Shown: one piece after another, positions 20,445 through 28,861 of the stretch
Numbering within the stretch: position 1 is the first letter of the stretch
Layout: every line of letters starts with the position of its first letter
Program-made: the position numbers and the translations under genes
NCBI GenBank assembly: GCA_965198225.1
Contig: CBDAOY010000006.1
Span: forward strand, 352,001 to 416,000
Length of the DNA: 64,000 nt
Source of the DNA: Terriglobia bacterium
GTDB taxonomy: Bacteria > Acidobacteriota > Terriglobia > 20CM-2-55-15
Reading direction: 5' to 3'
Notes under the pieces: generated by a model
Seen by the model: the letters and a program-made list of their open reading frames with translations, nothing else
Database searches by the model: none
What the model was told of the DNA's origin: nothing

Positions 20445-21095
20445 ATGCCTGTAGTTACCGAAGAGAAGATCGAAGAAAAACTGAGCGTGGGACCGCCGCC
20501 TCCGCCAATATGGCACGGCGGTGGCGACGATGGTGAGCCGCTCGAGCCGGGCTCGACGTTTCCCGTCTCCAAAGGACGGATCGGGCTCTGGCTCCTGCTG
20601 AGCGGCATCGTGATGCTATTCGGCGGTTTTTCAAGCGCGTACATCGTGTTGCGGGGCGTTCCGGCGTGGCAGAACGTCGCGATCCCTCCGGTCCTCTGGG
20701 TGAACACCATCATCCTGCTCGCCAGCAGTGTCACGATCGAATGGACCCGCCGCTCGGTCCGTCAGGGACACCAGAGTGCCACGAAGAAGTGGATCGTGGC
20801 GACCGGTGTCCTGGGTTTCGCCTTTCTGGCAGGCCAGGTCCTCGCCTGGCAGCAGATGGTGGATGCGGGCGTTTATCTTCCGTCTACGTTGCACAGCTCC
20901 TTCCTGTATATCCTGACCGGGGCGCATGCCGTGCACTTGCTCGGGGGGATCGGGGGTTTGACATATGTATTGGGGCAGACTCTTCGGAATCGCTACACAA
21001 GGACAGACCACGAACCGGTCAGCCTGTGTGCCACGTACTGGCATTTCATGGACGGCCTGTGGGTCTATCTCTTCCTGATGTTTGTTTTGGCTTGA
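20445..21095 (+). CDS. Cytochrome c oxidase subunit III-family protein (first)
   Basis: NTIILLASSVT, FLAGQ, LTGAHAVH, YWHFMD. Confidence 0.9.
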   Translation: MPVVTEEKIEEKLSVGPPPPPIWHGGGDDGEPLEPGSTFPVSKGRIGLWLLLSGIVMLFGGFSSAYIVLRGVPAWQNVAIPPVLWVNTIILLASSVTIEWTRRSVRQGHQSATKKWIVATGVLGFAFLAGQVLAWQQMVDAGVYLPSTLHSSFLYILTGAHAVHLLGGIGGLTYVLGQTLRNRYTRTDHEPVSLCATYWHFMDGLWVYLFLMFVLA

Positions 21096-21108
21096 TTGAG
21101 GAGTTTCG

Positions 21109-21735
21109 ATGGAAGCGACCATAGCGGAACAAGAACGGCTATTGGCTTCGGACTGGGGGGGCGGGAAGTCCCCGTTCGGTACGACATGGGGAAAATTCAT
21201 GATGTGGATTTTCATCGTGTCCGACGCCCTGACATTCGCGGGGTTCATCGTCGCATACGGGTTCATGCGCGCCTCGAGCCCGGCCTGGCCGGACCAGACG
21301 GAAGTCTTCGATATGCGGCTAATCACCTTCATGACGTTTGCCCTGATCTCGAGCAGCGCGGTCATGGCCATGGCCGTCGGCGCGGCTCAACGAGGGGATG
21401 CGAAGGCTGCGGTGCGTTTCCTGCTCATGACGATTGTCGGAGGGATAATCTTCCTCGGCGCGCAGGTCTACGAGTGGTCGCACTTCATCGCCGAAGGGGC
21501 ACGCCCCTGGGTCAACCCCTGGTTGCCGGAAGTGCCGCAATTCACCGCGAGCTTCTTCGTCATGACGGGCTTCCACGGCTTGCACGTGCTCAGCGGGATC
21601 GTCCTGCTGGCTTACACCGCAATGCGGGCCGGCATGGGAAAGTATTCCGGCGACAGCGTCGAGATCGCCGGCCTGTACTGGCACTTTATCGATGTTGTCT
21701 GGGTCTTTATTTTTGCGTTCTTCTATTTACTGTAG
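21109..21735 (+). CDS. coxC: Cytochrome c oxidase subunit III-family protein (second)
   Basis: GKFMMWIFIVSD, QVYEW, TGFHGLHV, GLYWHFIDVVW. Confidence 0.9.
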   Translation: MEATIAEQERLLASDWGGGKSPFGTTWGKFMMWIFIVSDALTFAGFIVAYGFMRASSPAWPDQTEVFDMRLITFMTFALISSSAVMAMAVGAAQRGDAKAAVRFLLMTIVGGIIFLGAQVYEWSHFIAEGARPWVNPWLPEVPQFTASFFVMTGFHGLHVLSGIVLLAYTAMRAGMGKYSGDSVEIAGLYWHFIDVVWVFIFAFFYLL

Positions 21736-21746
21736 GGAGGTAATGG

Positions 21747-22046
21747 ATGGCTGAATCCCACGGTTACAGAGTTTACATGGTTACGTGGGCCTGGCTTCTT
21801 GTCATGACACTGCTCGCTCTCGGTGTCGGGTACGTGGAGATGCACACGGGGATAAAGGCGGTGCTCCTCGTCGGCATCACTCTGGCAAAGGTCGTCCTGA
21901 TCGCGGCAATCTTCATGCACCTGCGGTTCGAAAGACTGAACCTGGTGATGATCACGTTCACGCCACTCGTCCTGTCGTTGATATTGTTCTTTTTTATCGC
22001 GCCCGACACCGCCGACACGGCGACCCGGGTTCTTTCCGTACGGTGA
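21747..22046 (+). CDS. Cytochrome c oxidase subunit IV-family protein
   Basis: Three TM segments, K..LI..FMHL.FE motif, operon position. Confidence 0.85.
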   Translation: MAESHGYRVYMVTWAWLLVMTLLALGVGYVEMHTGIKAVLLVGITLAKVVLIAAIFMHLRFERLNLVMITFTPLVLSLILFFFIAPDTADTATRVLSVR

Positions 22047-22052
22047 TCCATC

Positions 22053-22298
22053 ATGCGTAGGGTAGCCGGGGCGTTCATAGTGGCGTTAGTGGTTCTCCTC
22101 CTGGAGGGAACGGGATGGAGCCAGTGCGCGATGTGCCGCACGGCTCTTGAGAACTCGGTAGAGGGTGCCGAGATCGCGGAGGGTTTTCGTTACGGGATCC
22201 TGTTCCTGCTGGCCGCTCCCTACGCCATACTCGGCGGAATCTCCTTCGGTGTCGTTAGGGCGTACAGGCGACGGGAGCCGGGGGCTCCGGTCGAGTAG
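22053..22298 (+). CDS. Small membrane protein with QCAMC motif, last gene of the cox operon
   Basis: Signal-like N-terminus, SQCAMCR, then GILFLLAAPY TM helix. Confidence 0.7.
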   Translation: MRRVAGAFIVALVVLLLEGTGWSQCAMCRTALENSVEGAEIAEGFRYGILFLLAAPYAILGGISFGVVRAYRRREPGAPVE

Positions 22299-22318
22299 TC
22301 AGTTGTCAGTTGATACGT

Positions 22319-22341
22319 GTAGGGGCGGTCTATGACCGCCC
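22319..22341 (+). repeat. Single GTAG-family REP
   Basis: gtaggggcggtctatgaccgccc palindrome. Confidence 0.75.
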
Positions 22342-22349
22342 GGTCTTTC

Positions 22350-22474
22350 CTTTGAGATCTCTCAGCCTTCGCTGAGGGCTTTTCCCTTCTTCCACTGAGT
22401 TTCAGTTGATAAGTCTTGACTTTGAGATCTCTCAGCCTTCGCTGAGGGCTTTTCCCTTCTTCCACTGAGTTTCA
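22350..22474 (+). repeat. Perfect 55-bp direct repeat x2 (period 70) containing a hairpin plus pyrimidine tract; possible tandem terminators
   Basis: ctttgagatctctcagccttcgctgagggcttttcccttcttccactgagtttca at 22350-22404 and 22420-22474. Confidence 0.85.
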
Positions 22475-22477
22475 AGC

Positions 22478-22520
22478 TTGACGAGATAGGCCTCTATATG
22501 TAACCTATTAGTTACATATT
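22478..22520 (+). promoter_or_regulatory. sigma70-like promoter overlapped by a perfect operator palindrome (probable ArsR autoregulatory site)
   Basis: TTGACG at 22478, TAACCT at 22501 (17-nt spacer); atatgtaac-ctatta-gttacatat at 22496-22519 directly before the ATG. Confidence 0.75.
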
Positions 22521-22877
22521 ATGGGTGACGCATTCGATGCCGTGTTCCAGGCTCTGGCTCATCCGAGCCGGCGCAAGATCCTCGATTTTGTCAAAGCGAA
22601 TCCGGGGTCGAGTATCAACGATGTCTGCGTCGATTTCTCGAGCAGCCGGATCGCGGTAATGAAGCATATCCGCAAGCTGGAAGCTTCATCCCTTATCGTC
22701 TCCCACAAAGAAGGACGGGTGCGTCGGCTGTACTTCAACGTGATCCCCATCCAGATGATCTACGAGCGTTGGACCGACCAGTACAGCGCCATCTGGGCGG
22801 GTCAGATAACGCGCTTCAAGAACAGAGTCGAATCGAGGAAACATGAGCGAAAGAGAACGAGCGGTATTCAAGGTTAA
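22521..22877 (+). CDS. ArsR/SmtB family transcriptional regulator
   Basis: FQALAHPSRRKIL..SRIAVMKH..LE..LI..KEGR.R..YFN. Confidence 0.9.
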   Translation: MGDAFDAVFQALAHPSRRKILDFVKANPGSSINDVCVDFSSSRIAVMKHIRKLEASSLIVSHKEGRVRRLYFNVIPIQMIYERWTDQYSAIWAGQITRFKNRVESRKHERKRTSGIQG

Positions 22878-23421
22878 GATCGAGGCGCCCATCGAGGTGG
22901 TCTGGCGCGAGTTGACCACCACGAACGAGTTGCTGCCTTTCTTCTTCAATTCCAGGATGGAAACGACCGGTCTGGAAGTCGGGGGGCGTATCCGCATGGT
23001 TACTCCTGCCCGCAAATACACCGGAGTGATCGGCGAGGTCCTCGAATACAGCCCGCCGCATCGTTTCTCGCACACCTTTCGGTTCACTCAGTTGGACGAA
23101 CCGCCTTGCAAGGTGACCTACGAACTCGAGGAAGTCGGGGGTGCGGTGGAATTCACGCTGATCGCCGACGATATACCGGCCGCGAGCAAGACGGGGAAGT
23201 ACATGAAGCAAGGCGGAGATTACATCGTCCAGACGCTCAAGGCCGTGGCGGAGCGCAAACCGCTGCCGCTCTATTCCAAGTTCATCCTTCTGATGTGCAA
23301 GCTGTCGGTGCCGTTTACTCCGAAGAAATCACTGTCGGAGAATTGGCCCCTGGGGAACGAAGAAGTAGGCCGTAGGCCGTTGGCCGTTGGTCGGAATGCA
23401 AGAGAGGTGAAGAGGTCATGA
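22843..23421 (+). CDS. SRPBCC/AHSA1 domain protein
   Basis: KIEAPIEVVWRELT, GEVLEYSPPHRFSHTF, VTYELEE; common partner of ArsR. Confidence 0.85.
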   Translation: MSERERAVFKVKIEAPIEVVWRELTTTNELLPFFFNSRMETTGLEVGGRIRMVTPARKYTGVIGEVLEYSPPHRFSHTFRFTQLDEPPCKVTYELEEVGGAVEFTLIADDIPAASKTGKYMKQGGDYIVQTLKAVAERKPLPLYSKFILLMCKLSVPFTPKKSLSENWPLGNEEVGRRPLAVGRNAREVKRS

Positions 23422-23762
23422 GTACATACATCGTTGTTGGAATTATGTTGCAGGTGGCGATGGTTGTGTCGGGTCACTATTCGGAGGCTGTTATCAATCT
23501 GTCCGCGGTGTTGGGAGTTGGTATTCCGCTCATCGTGGGTGCGGTCTTCGGGTTGGCGCGCGCGGCAACGGTCAAAGATGCCGCAGCGGGCGGATTCGCG
23601 ATCGGCATCGTCGGAGCGTTCATTGGAATACTCCTGGCAATCCTCATGGGTGACCAGGAATGGATGTTGCTGACATTCGGGCCGGTCTCCTCTGCCGTTA
23701 CGGGCATGATCGGCGCCCTCGGACTGTACGCCTTGGCCGGAAAACGGCGAGCTACGGCCTAA
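23418..23762 (+). CDS. Small hydrophobic membrane protein, unknown function
   Basis: About four TM segments, ATGA overlap with the upstream gene, SD gagg. Confidence 0.7.
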   Translation: MSTYIVVGIMLQVAMVVSGHYSEAVINLSAVLGVGIPLIVGAVFGLARAATVKDAAAGGFAIGIVGAFIGILLAILMGDQEWMLLTFGPVSSAVTGMIGALGLYALAGKRRATA

Positions 23763-24013
23763 GGTGAAACGACACCGTGGCGAGCCCCTGGCGTCAGCAC
23801 GTGAGGCAGCGAAACTCTAGGATCGGGTGTAGGGGCGCTCTATGAGCGGAACCATCTATTAGCGTCGGGCCCACCGTCCCCCTCACGCCGAAAGGCCGAA
23901 CGTTCAAGGACCGAATTGCAGTGCGTGGATTCGCGGAGAAAGACAGTTGGTCCGGTCCCCCCACGCCCTCCTTGACGAGAACAGTGTGCGGTCATAGACG
24001 TCATAGACCGCAC

Positions 24014-24347
24014 CTACACATCATTGAACTCCGGGCGATAGCACGCCGTTCCACGAACCCCGTCAAGCACTCCCTCCCGGAGTTCCATCACGATGAAGGC
24101 CTCGGCGGGAGCGCTGAACTCACACGCGATCCCGTGCCTGTCCGATTGCTCGAAACCGAAACGCGGGTAGTAGGCGGGATGGCCCAGGACGACGACGATC
24201 TCACAGCCATCCTGCCGCAATATCTCCAGTCCACTCCTCACGAGTTGCGATCCGACACCGGATCTCTAAGGCAAGTGTGTGCACTTCGTGGACAGAATCG
24301 ATGTCGGAAGGATTCTCCCGACGGATTAAGATGTGTGTCTCAGGCAC
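24014..24347 (-). pseudogene. YhbS-like GNAT N-acetyltransferase with internal deletion
   Basis: N-terminus VPETHILIRRENPSDIDSVHEVHTLA (from GTG 24347) joins out of frame to RSGVGSQLVRSG..VLGHPAYYPRFGF..YRPEF; the central part is missing. Confidence 0.75.
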
Positions 24348-24404
24348 CGGGCTGCTCAATAGGCTAGACTTTGGAAACCAATTTTACAGCGGGAGAGCGA
24401 ACTG

Positions 24405-24794
24405 ATGGGGGAATCTCGAAAGCCAGAGGTAGGAGCGATCGGATGGGTCGATCTGACCGTCCAGAACGCCGGCGACATCCGGGACTTTTACAGCAAAGTC
24501 GTCGGCTGGAAACCGGCCGAGGTCGACATGGGAGGGTATTCGGACTACAACATGACGCAACCGGAAAGCGGTACACCAACGGCGGGGGTGTGCTGGTCCC
24601 GTGGTTCGAACGCAAACTTTCCGCCCTACTGGCTCGTCTACATCACGGTGGCCGATATCGACGAGAGTGTCCGCTGCTGCACAGAGTCGGGTGGGACGAT
24701 TATCGAAGGCCCCAAGGATATGGGCGCGCACGGACGATACTGCGTCATCAAGGATCCGGCGGGCGCCTATGCGGGGCTCTTCCAATCGGCCTAG
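24405..24794 (+). CDS. VOC/glyoxalase family protein
   Basis: IGWVDLTV..RDFYSKVVGW, WLVYITVAD, CVIKDPAGA. Confidence 0.88.
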   Translation: MGESRKPEVGAIGWVDLTVQNAGDIRDFYSKVVGWKPAEVDMGGYSDYNMTQPESGTPTAGVCWSRGSNANFPPYWLVYITVADIDESVRCCTESGGTIIEGPKDMGAHGRYCVIKDPAGAYAGLFQSA

Positions 24795-24946
24795 TGGCCT
24801 GTAACAGTGCTACCCAGGAGTATTCTGAATTCTTGGGTTAGGCGATCAGCCATCAGCTTTCTGCTATCGGCTCAATCGGATGGACGATCGTCGTGTTCCG
24901 GAAGCAGCTGAGGCTGATCGCTGACATTACGCTTGATCCGCAGGGC

Positions 24947-25552
24947 TCAAGAGTCTATTACTTCGATATCGATCGGGGTCGTTCCGCCAGCATTGCAGCG
25001 TTTACCCGAACAGGCAGAGACTCCCACTGCCAGATCCATCTCAGCCCGGAACGTGACCGAGGAGCCGGGTTTCGAGAGGGGGTGTCGTATCTCGAGTTGC
25101 CCGGACTCCAGGACGCCTACGTTCATGAAGACGTTGAACGCAGTCGGGATCGTGTCCGCACCGATGTCGAACGGAGCCAGGGCGGCCGTCAGGTTGTCGA
25201 GACAGTTCGAATGGTCCCTCAGTCCGTAGTTCCGCTCGAACATCGCCGTACTGCACGGGCTGTAGAGAAAGTCGTGTCGGCCGACGGTGTCGTCAACGAT
25301 CTTGAGCATCGGGTTGCTCCGGTTCGAATAGAGAGTATGCCCCTCGGTCAGGAACAGCGTCTCGTTGTAATGGAAGCTTCGGCCGTTCGACAAGCCCTCA
25401 CCCACGTCCTGTCGATTGAAACAGACCAGGTCGGCAACCTGGCCTCCTTCCGAATCGATCACCTTCAGCGACTGCCCCTTGTCCAGCTCCAGGCCGATTC
25501 CCTTACAGGCTTCGATCCTCCGCCGTCCAGCTTCACGCACGACAGCCTCCAA
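24947..25552 (-). CDS. DUF1989 (urea carboxylase-associated) family protein
   Basis: GGQVADL, GRHDFLYSPC, NCLDNL, FNVFMNV, VSACS..CN. Start uncertain. Confidence 0.85.
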   Translation of the reverse strand: MEAVVREAGRRRIEACKGIGLELDKGQSLKVIDSEGGQVADLVCFNRQDVGEGLSNGRSFHYNETLFLTEGHTLYSNRSNPMLKIVDDTVGRHDFLYSPCSTAMFERNYGLRDHSNCLDNLTAALAPFDIGADTIPTAFNVFMNVGVLESGQLEIRHPLSKPGSSVTFRAEMDLAVGVSACSGKRCNAGGTTPIDIEVIDS

Positions 25553-25848
25553 TAGATTCAGCGATCCTCATGCGGATCCATTCTACCTGTCCAACCGGGA
25601 TTACGTTTACGCTGGCTGTACTGGAGTCCTCTCGAGTCTTCTCGAGCGGCGCTCGCGGCGCCCGCCCTGGTGTGCCAGGGCAACATCCAGCCATCGGTAC
25701 CGGTCTGCAGGCTGCAATAATCTCAGCCAACGGAACGAAGGAAGCCTCCCCGATACGCGGCATTCGTGTTCGGAGTTACTGCAAGTAATTACAAGCACGA
25801 CAATTCCTTTTGAGGTCTTGGGCACTACCGTCCTGTCTTACGAGGACG

Positions 25849-26123
25849 CTAGTGGCCTGTAACGGAGATATCGGTACCAGCGTTGCGGTGGAACGGCACC
25901 GGATTCTAGGAGTCGACGACGAGGTAATGCTCCTACATTGCGAGGAGGAGCGACAACGAAGACGGTGCCGTTCCGCCGCAACCCTCCGGGCCGATGGGGG
26001 TTGCCGTCGATCTCTTTGTCGTTCGTCGTCTTGATGAAACCGCATCAATTCCTCCTCTCTCCTCGACCTCGACTGGCAAGACCCATCGGCGATGGTGCCG
26101 ATCTCTCCGTTACAGGCCACTAG
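25849..26123. mobile_element. 275-bp MITE-like element (family A, copy 3)
   Basis: ctagtggcctgtaacggaga ... tctccgttacaggccactag; CTAG at both ends; shared internal modules. Confidence 0.85.
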
Positions 26124-26206
26124 AATTGCGTTGTTGCCGATTTTCGGCTTGTTTCCGGCCTGCTCTTGCCTTTCAATAGGTGCTCTATCTACAGCGGAGG
26201 TATCCA

Positions 26207-27090
26207 ATGTTGAAACGAGTCATGACAGTAACGCTCGTGGTCGTGGGAGTGCTCGGTTTCGTTTCAGTTGTCGGGAACTGGACCAAAGCACTCGATGCCG
26301 AGTTTCTGGTCTTCGGACAGACCGGTGGAACCGGGTCCGGATCGGGAGGTGGCGGCACCGGCGGCGGAACAACGACGATCACCAAGATAATCCCTCAGGT
26401 GGCCGCCGGTTCATTCGACGCAGGAGCAACGACGTTCTCGACAACCATCCAGGTGATCAACGTCGGAACGAGCGCGGTCAGCCTGACCGCCGACTTCTTC
26501 AACCAAAACGGCAGCGTGTCGACCATACCCTTCACGACGACCGACGTGACGGCTCCGACCTTCACCGGGACGCTCAGCTCGATTTCCATACCGTCCAACG
26601 CTGCAATCGTGATTCAGAATGGCAGCGTAGCCGCGGGAGCGGTCAACTGGGCCCGGCTCGTGACGGACGGGGCGGTCACGATAGCTGCGCAGTTCGAGAT
26701 CAAGGACGCAAACGGAAGGCTCGTCTCACGTGTGGGTGTCCCTTCGGCTGATGCCGACGGCACGAAGCTCTTGATTCCGCGGTTGAGAAACGCCGACCCG
26801 ACCAAGGGTACGAGCACCGCGTTCGCCATCGCGAACACGGGAGATGCGACTGCATCCGTCACAGCCACGCTCTATTCGGCGGGACAGGTCGCGGGAACAA
26901 AAACCCTGACGCTGGACGCGAAGAACCAGACGGCCCAGTTCGCCAAGGAGTTTTTCACACTGACGAACGAACCCACCGTGGACACGTTCTCCTTCATGAT
27001 ATTCGAGTCGACGACTGCGACTCTGGCCGCACCGCCCTCGTTTTTGAAGGCAGCAACCAGGCCACGTTCCCGGTCGACAAGCTTCAGTAA
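26207..27090 (+). CDS. Secreted beta-rich protein with Gly-rich linker; one-base frameshift near 27030
   Basis: SD ggagg, N-terminal hydrophobic segment, IIPQVAAG domain start. The true end ..ALVFEGSNQATFPVDKLQ* lies in another frame, supported by the downstream paralogous fragment. Confidence 0.65.
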
Positions 27091-27109
27091 ATCATCGCAA
27101 CGCCGATGT

Positions 27110-27137
27110 CGGCGGCCGGCCCTCTCTGCCGGCCGCC
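27110..27137 (+). terminator. GC-rich hairpin after the secreted protein gene
   Basis: ggcggccggc-cctctct-gccggccgcc; no clear U-tract. Confidence 0.4.
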
Positions 27138-27243
27138 ACCCAATCGCTTCAGACGTCGAACCTCCACGTTTAGCTGGGTTCTCCTTTCCCCACCATCGAG
27201 GTTGAACCACACCTCTGCCCGGACTTTTGCGCTTGTTTCCCAT

Positions 27244-27339
27244 ATGGTCTTCGAGTCCACGACCGCTTCTCTTGCGGCAACGTCACTCGTTTTCGAAGGA
27301 GCCAATCAGGCGACCTTCCCTGTTGGGCGCATCCAGTAG
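27244..27339 (+). pseudogene. Orphan C-terminal fragment of a paralog of 26207..27090
   Basis: MVFESTTASLAATSLVFEGANQATFPVGRIQ* versus MIFESTTATLAA(T)ALVFEGSNQATFPVDKLQ*. Confidence 0.7.
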
Positions 27340-28849
27340 GATCTCGTAAAGCGCCGAGCGGCCTGTGCCGACAGAATAGGACTCGATCAGCCGGAGGGAA
27401 TACTCCGATTTGATCCGGCGATCTGCGCGCCAGTTCTCACCTCCAGCATCACTGGTGCGCACGCCGGAGTAGTACCGCACGTTTGGATACCTGCCTGCTT
27501 GCGCCCCGATCACCCCCGGCCGTTCCGAGGCAAAGATCGCGTGGAGGGCCGCTACACCGTGGTTGAGGAAGACTTCGGGCTCGCCGGCAATGACAATGCT
27601 GCCCTCACCCAATTCGCCGGCGATCTGCGCCATTCTGCGGTGGTCGGCAGCGAGATCGTCGACCGCCACGGAGTGATCCTGGTCGGGCGGCTTGGGGGAC
27701 AGATTGGAGTACAACAACGTGAACGCGACGCCCATCACAACGACGAGGCCCTGTCGAGTGTTGAAAAGCTTCAACGCCGTCACCCCGAGGAGAATCATCG
27801 GAACGGCGATCTGTATGCTGTATCGCGGGTTCAGATCGAAGCTGCCTTCGTAAAAAGCGAGGTACACGGCCATCATCAAGCCGATCCACGCCACAAAGTA
27901 AAACTCCCCCAACTTTGGACGGGTATCTTTTCCAGACTGAGATCGCAGCGTCCTCACTCCCCAGGCCAGAAGAGAAAGGGCGGCCAGAACCGAGATGCCC
28001 CACGGAAAACGACCCCCGTTCAACAGGTATCCGAGTGACCCGACGAAGTTGGCCGGTACATAAGCAGGGGAAAAGGCCGCCTCGACTCCGACCAGCGTAG
28101 GCGGGAGCCGCCGAGAGGACCCAGCCCAGGTGGAACAGCTGACCGGAGATGAGCGCAAGTCCGATCAACTTCCATCGCCGGCCGAGGGCGGGACTCGCGA
28201 ACAGGAACAGAGTGAGAACGACCGCCTCGAGTCGCATCTGAGCCGCGAGCGCAAGACCCGCTACCGCCACCGGGTAGGCGCCCGAAACCAGTCCCCACAC
28301 ACCGAGAACTGCAAAGAGGACCGTCACCAGGTCGGTTCCCGCCGACACGGAGTATTCCAGCACAGGCGGGGTGGTCAGAAAAGCGAGGGCTGCCATCCAA
28401 CCCATCCATGACTGCCGGAAAGTATCTCTTGCCAGAAGGTAGATTCCGCCAACTGCGAAAGCGAAAAGGATGCGGGCAAAAACGAACGCAGCGCCTTCCG
28501 ATGGACCGGATACCGCGAATAGCAGACCCAGCAGGGTGGGATAGCCGACGGGCTCCTTGTAGTAGGTGGACACCTCGACCGTCTCGGGAGAACCCAGCAG
28601 CGTCAGTTGCGCCACCGGTGCCCGGGACAGGTTGGATGCGATCTGGATGTAGATGTCTTCATCAAAAAACAGTCGGTGGGATGCCTCGACGAAGACAAAG
28701 CTTGTGGCAAGGGCGAGAGCAACAACAGCTGGAACGTGGCGGTCCAGCCGTTCACGGTTCTTGAATAGCGCCCACAGCAAAAGCCCGAGAGACAAATAGA
28801 CCAGCAGGGGGCCGAAGACCGACAGTATTCGGGGAATCAGGGCGATCAT
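27283..28849 (-). CDS. Polytopic membrane glycosyltransferase (GT-C, ArnT/PMT-like), frameshift near 28090
   Basis: FFDEDIY loop, EPVGYP and many TM helices. ORFs 27605..28849 and 27283..28158 form one protein if joined. Confidence 0.6.
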
Positions 28850-28861
28850 CGTGGTTAGTAG

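Noticed and set aside
22350-22474. Possible mini-CRISPR array
   Set aside because: Only two 55-bp units with a 15-nt spacer and no cas genes; it looks like a terminator duplication.
23763-23905. Ribozyme-like motifs (gccgaaaggccgaa; tgaggcagcgaaac)
   Set aside because: No CUGANGA hammerhead core or HDV-like nested pseudoknot could be built by eye.
25553-25848. Guanidine riboswitch upstream of DUF1989
   Set aside because: Only a simple hairpin (cgtcct..aggacg) resembles the ykkC-III tail; the other conserved elements are absent.
26996-27339. Possible DGR variable/template repeat pair
   Set aside because: Differences are synonymous third-position changes rather than adenine-specific, and the RTs in the window are group II intron type.
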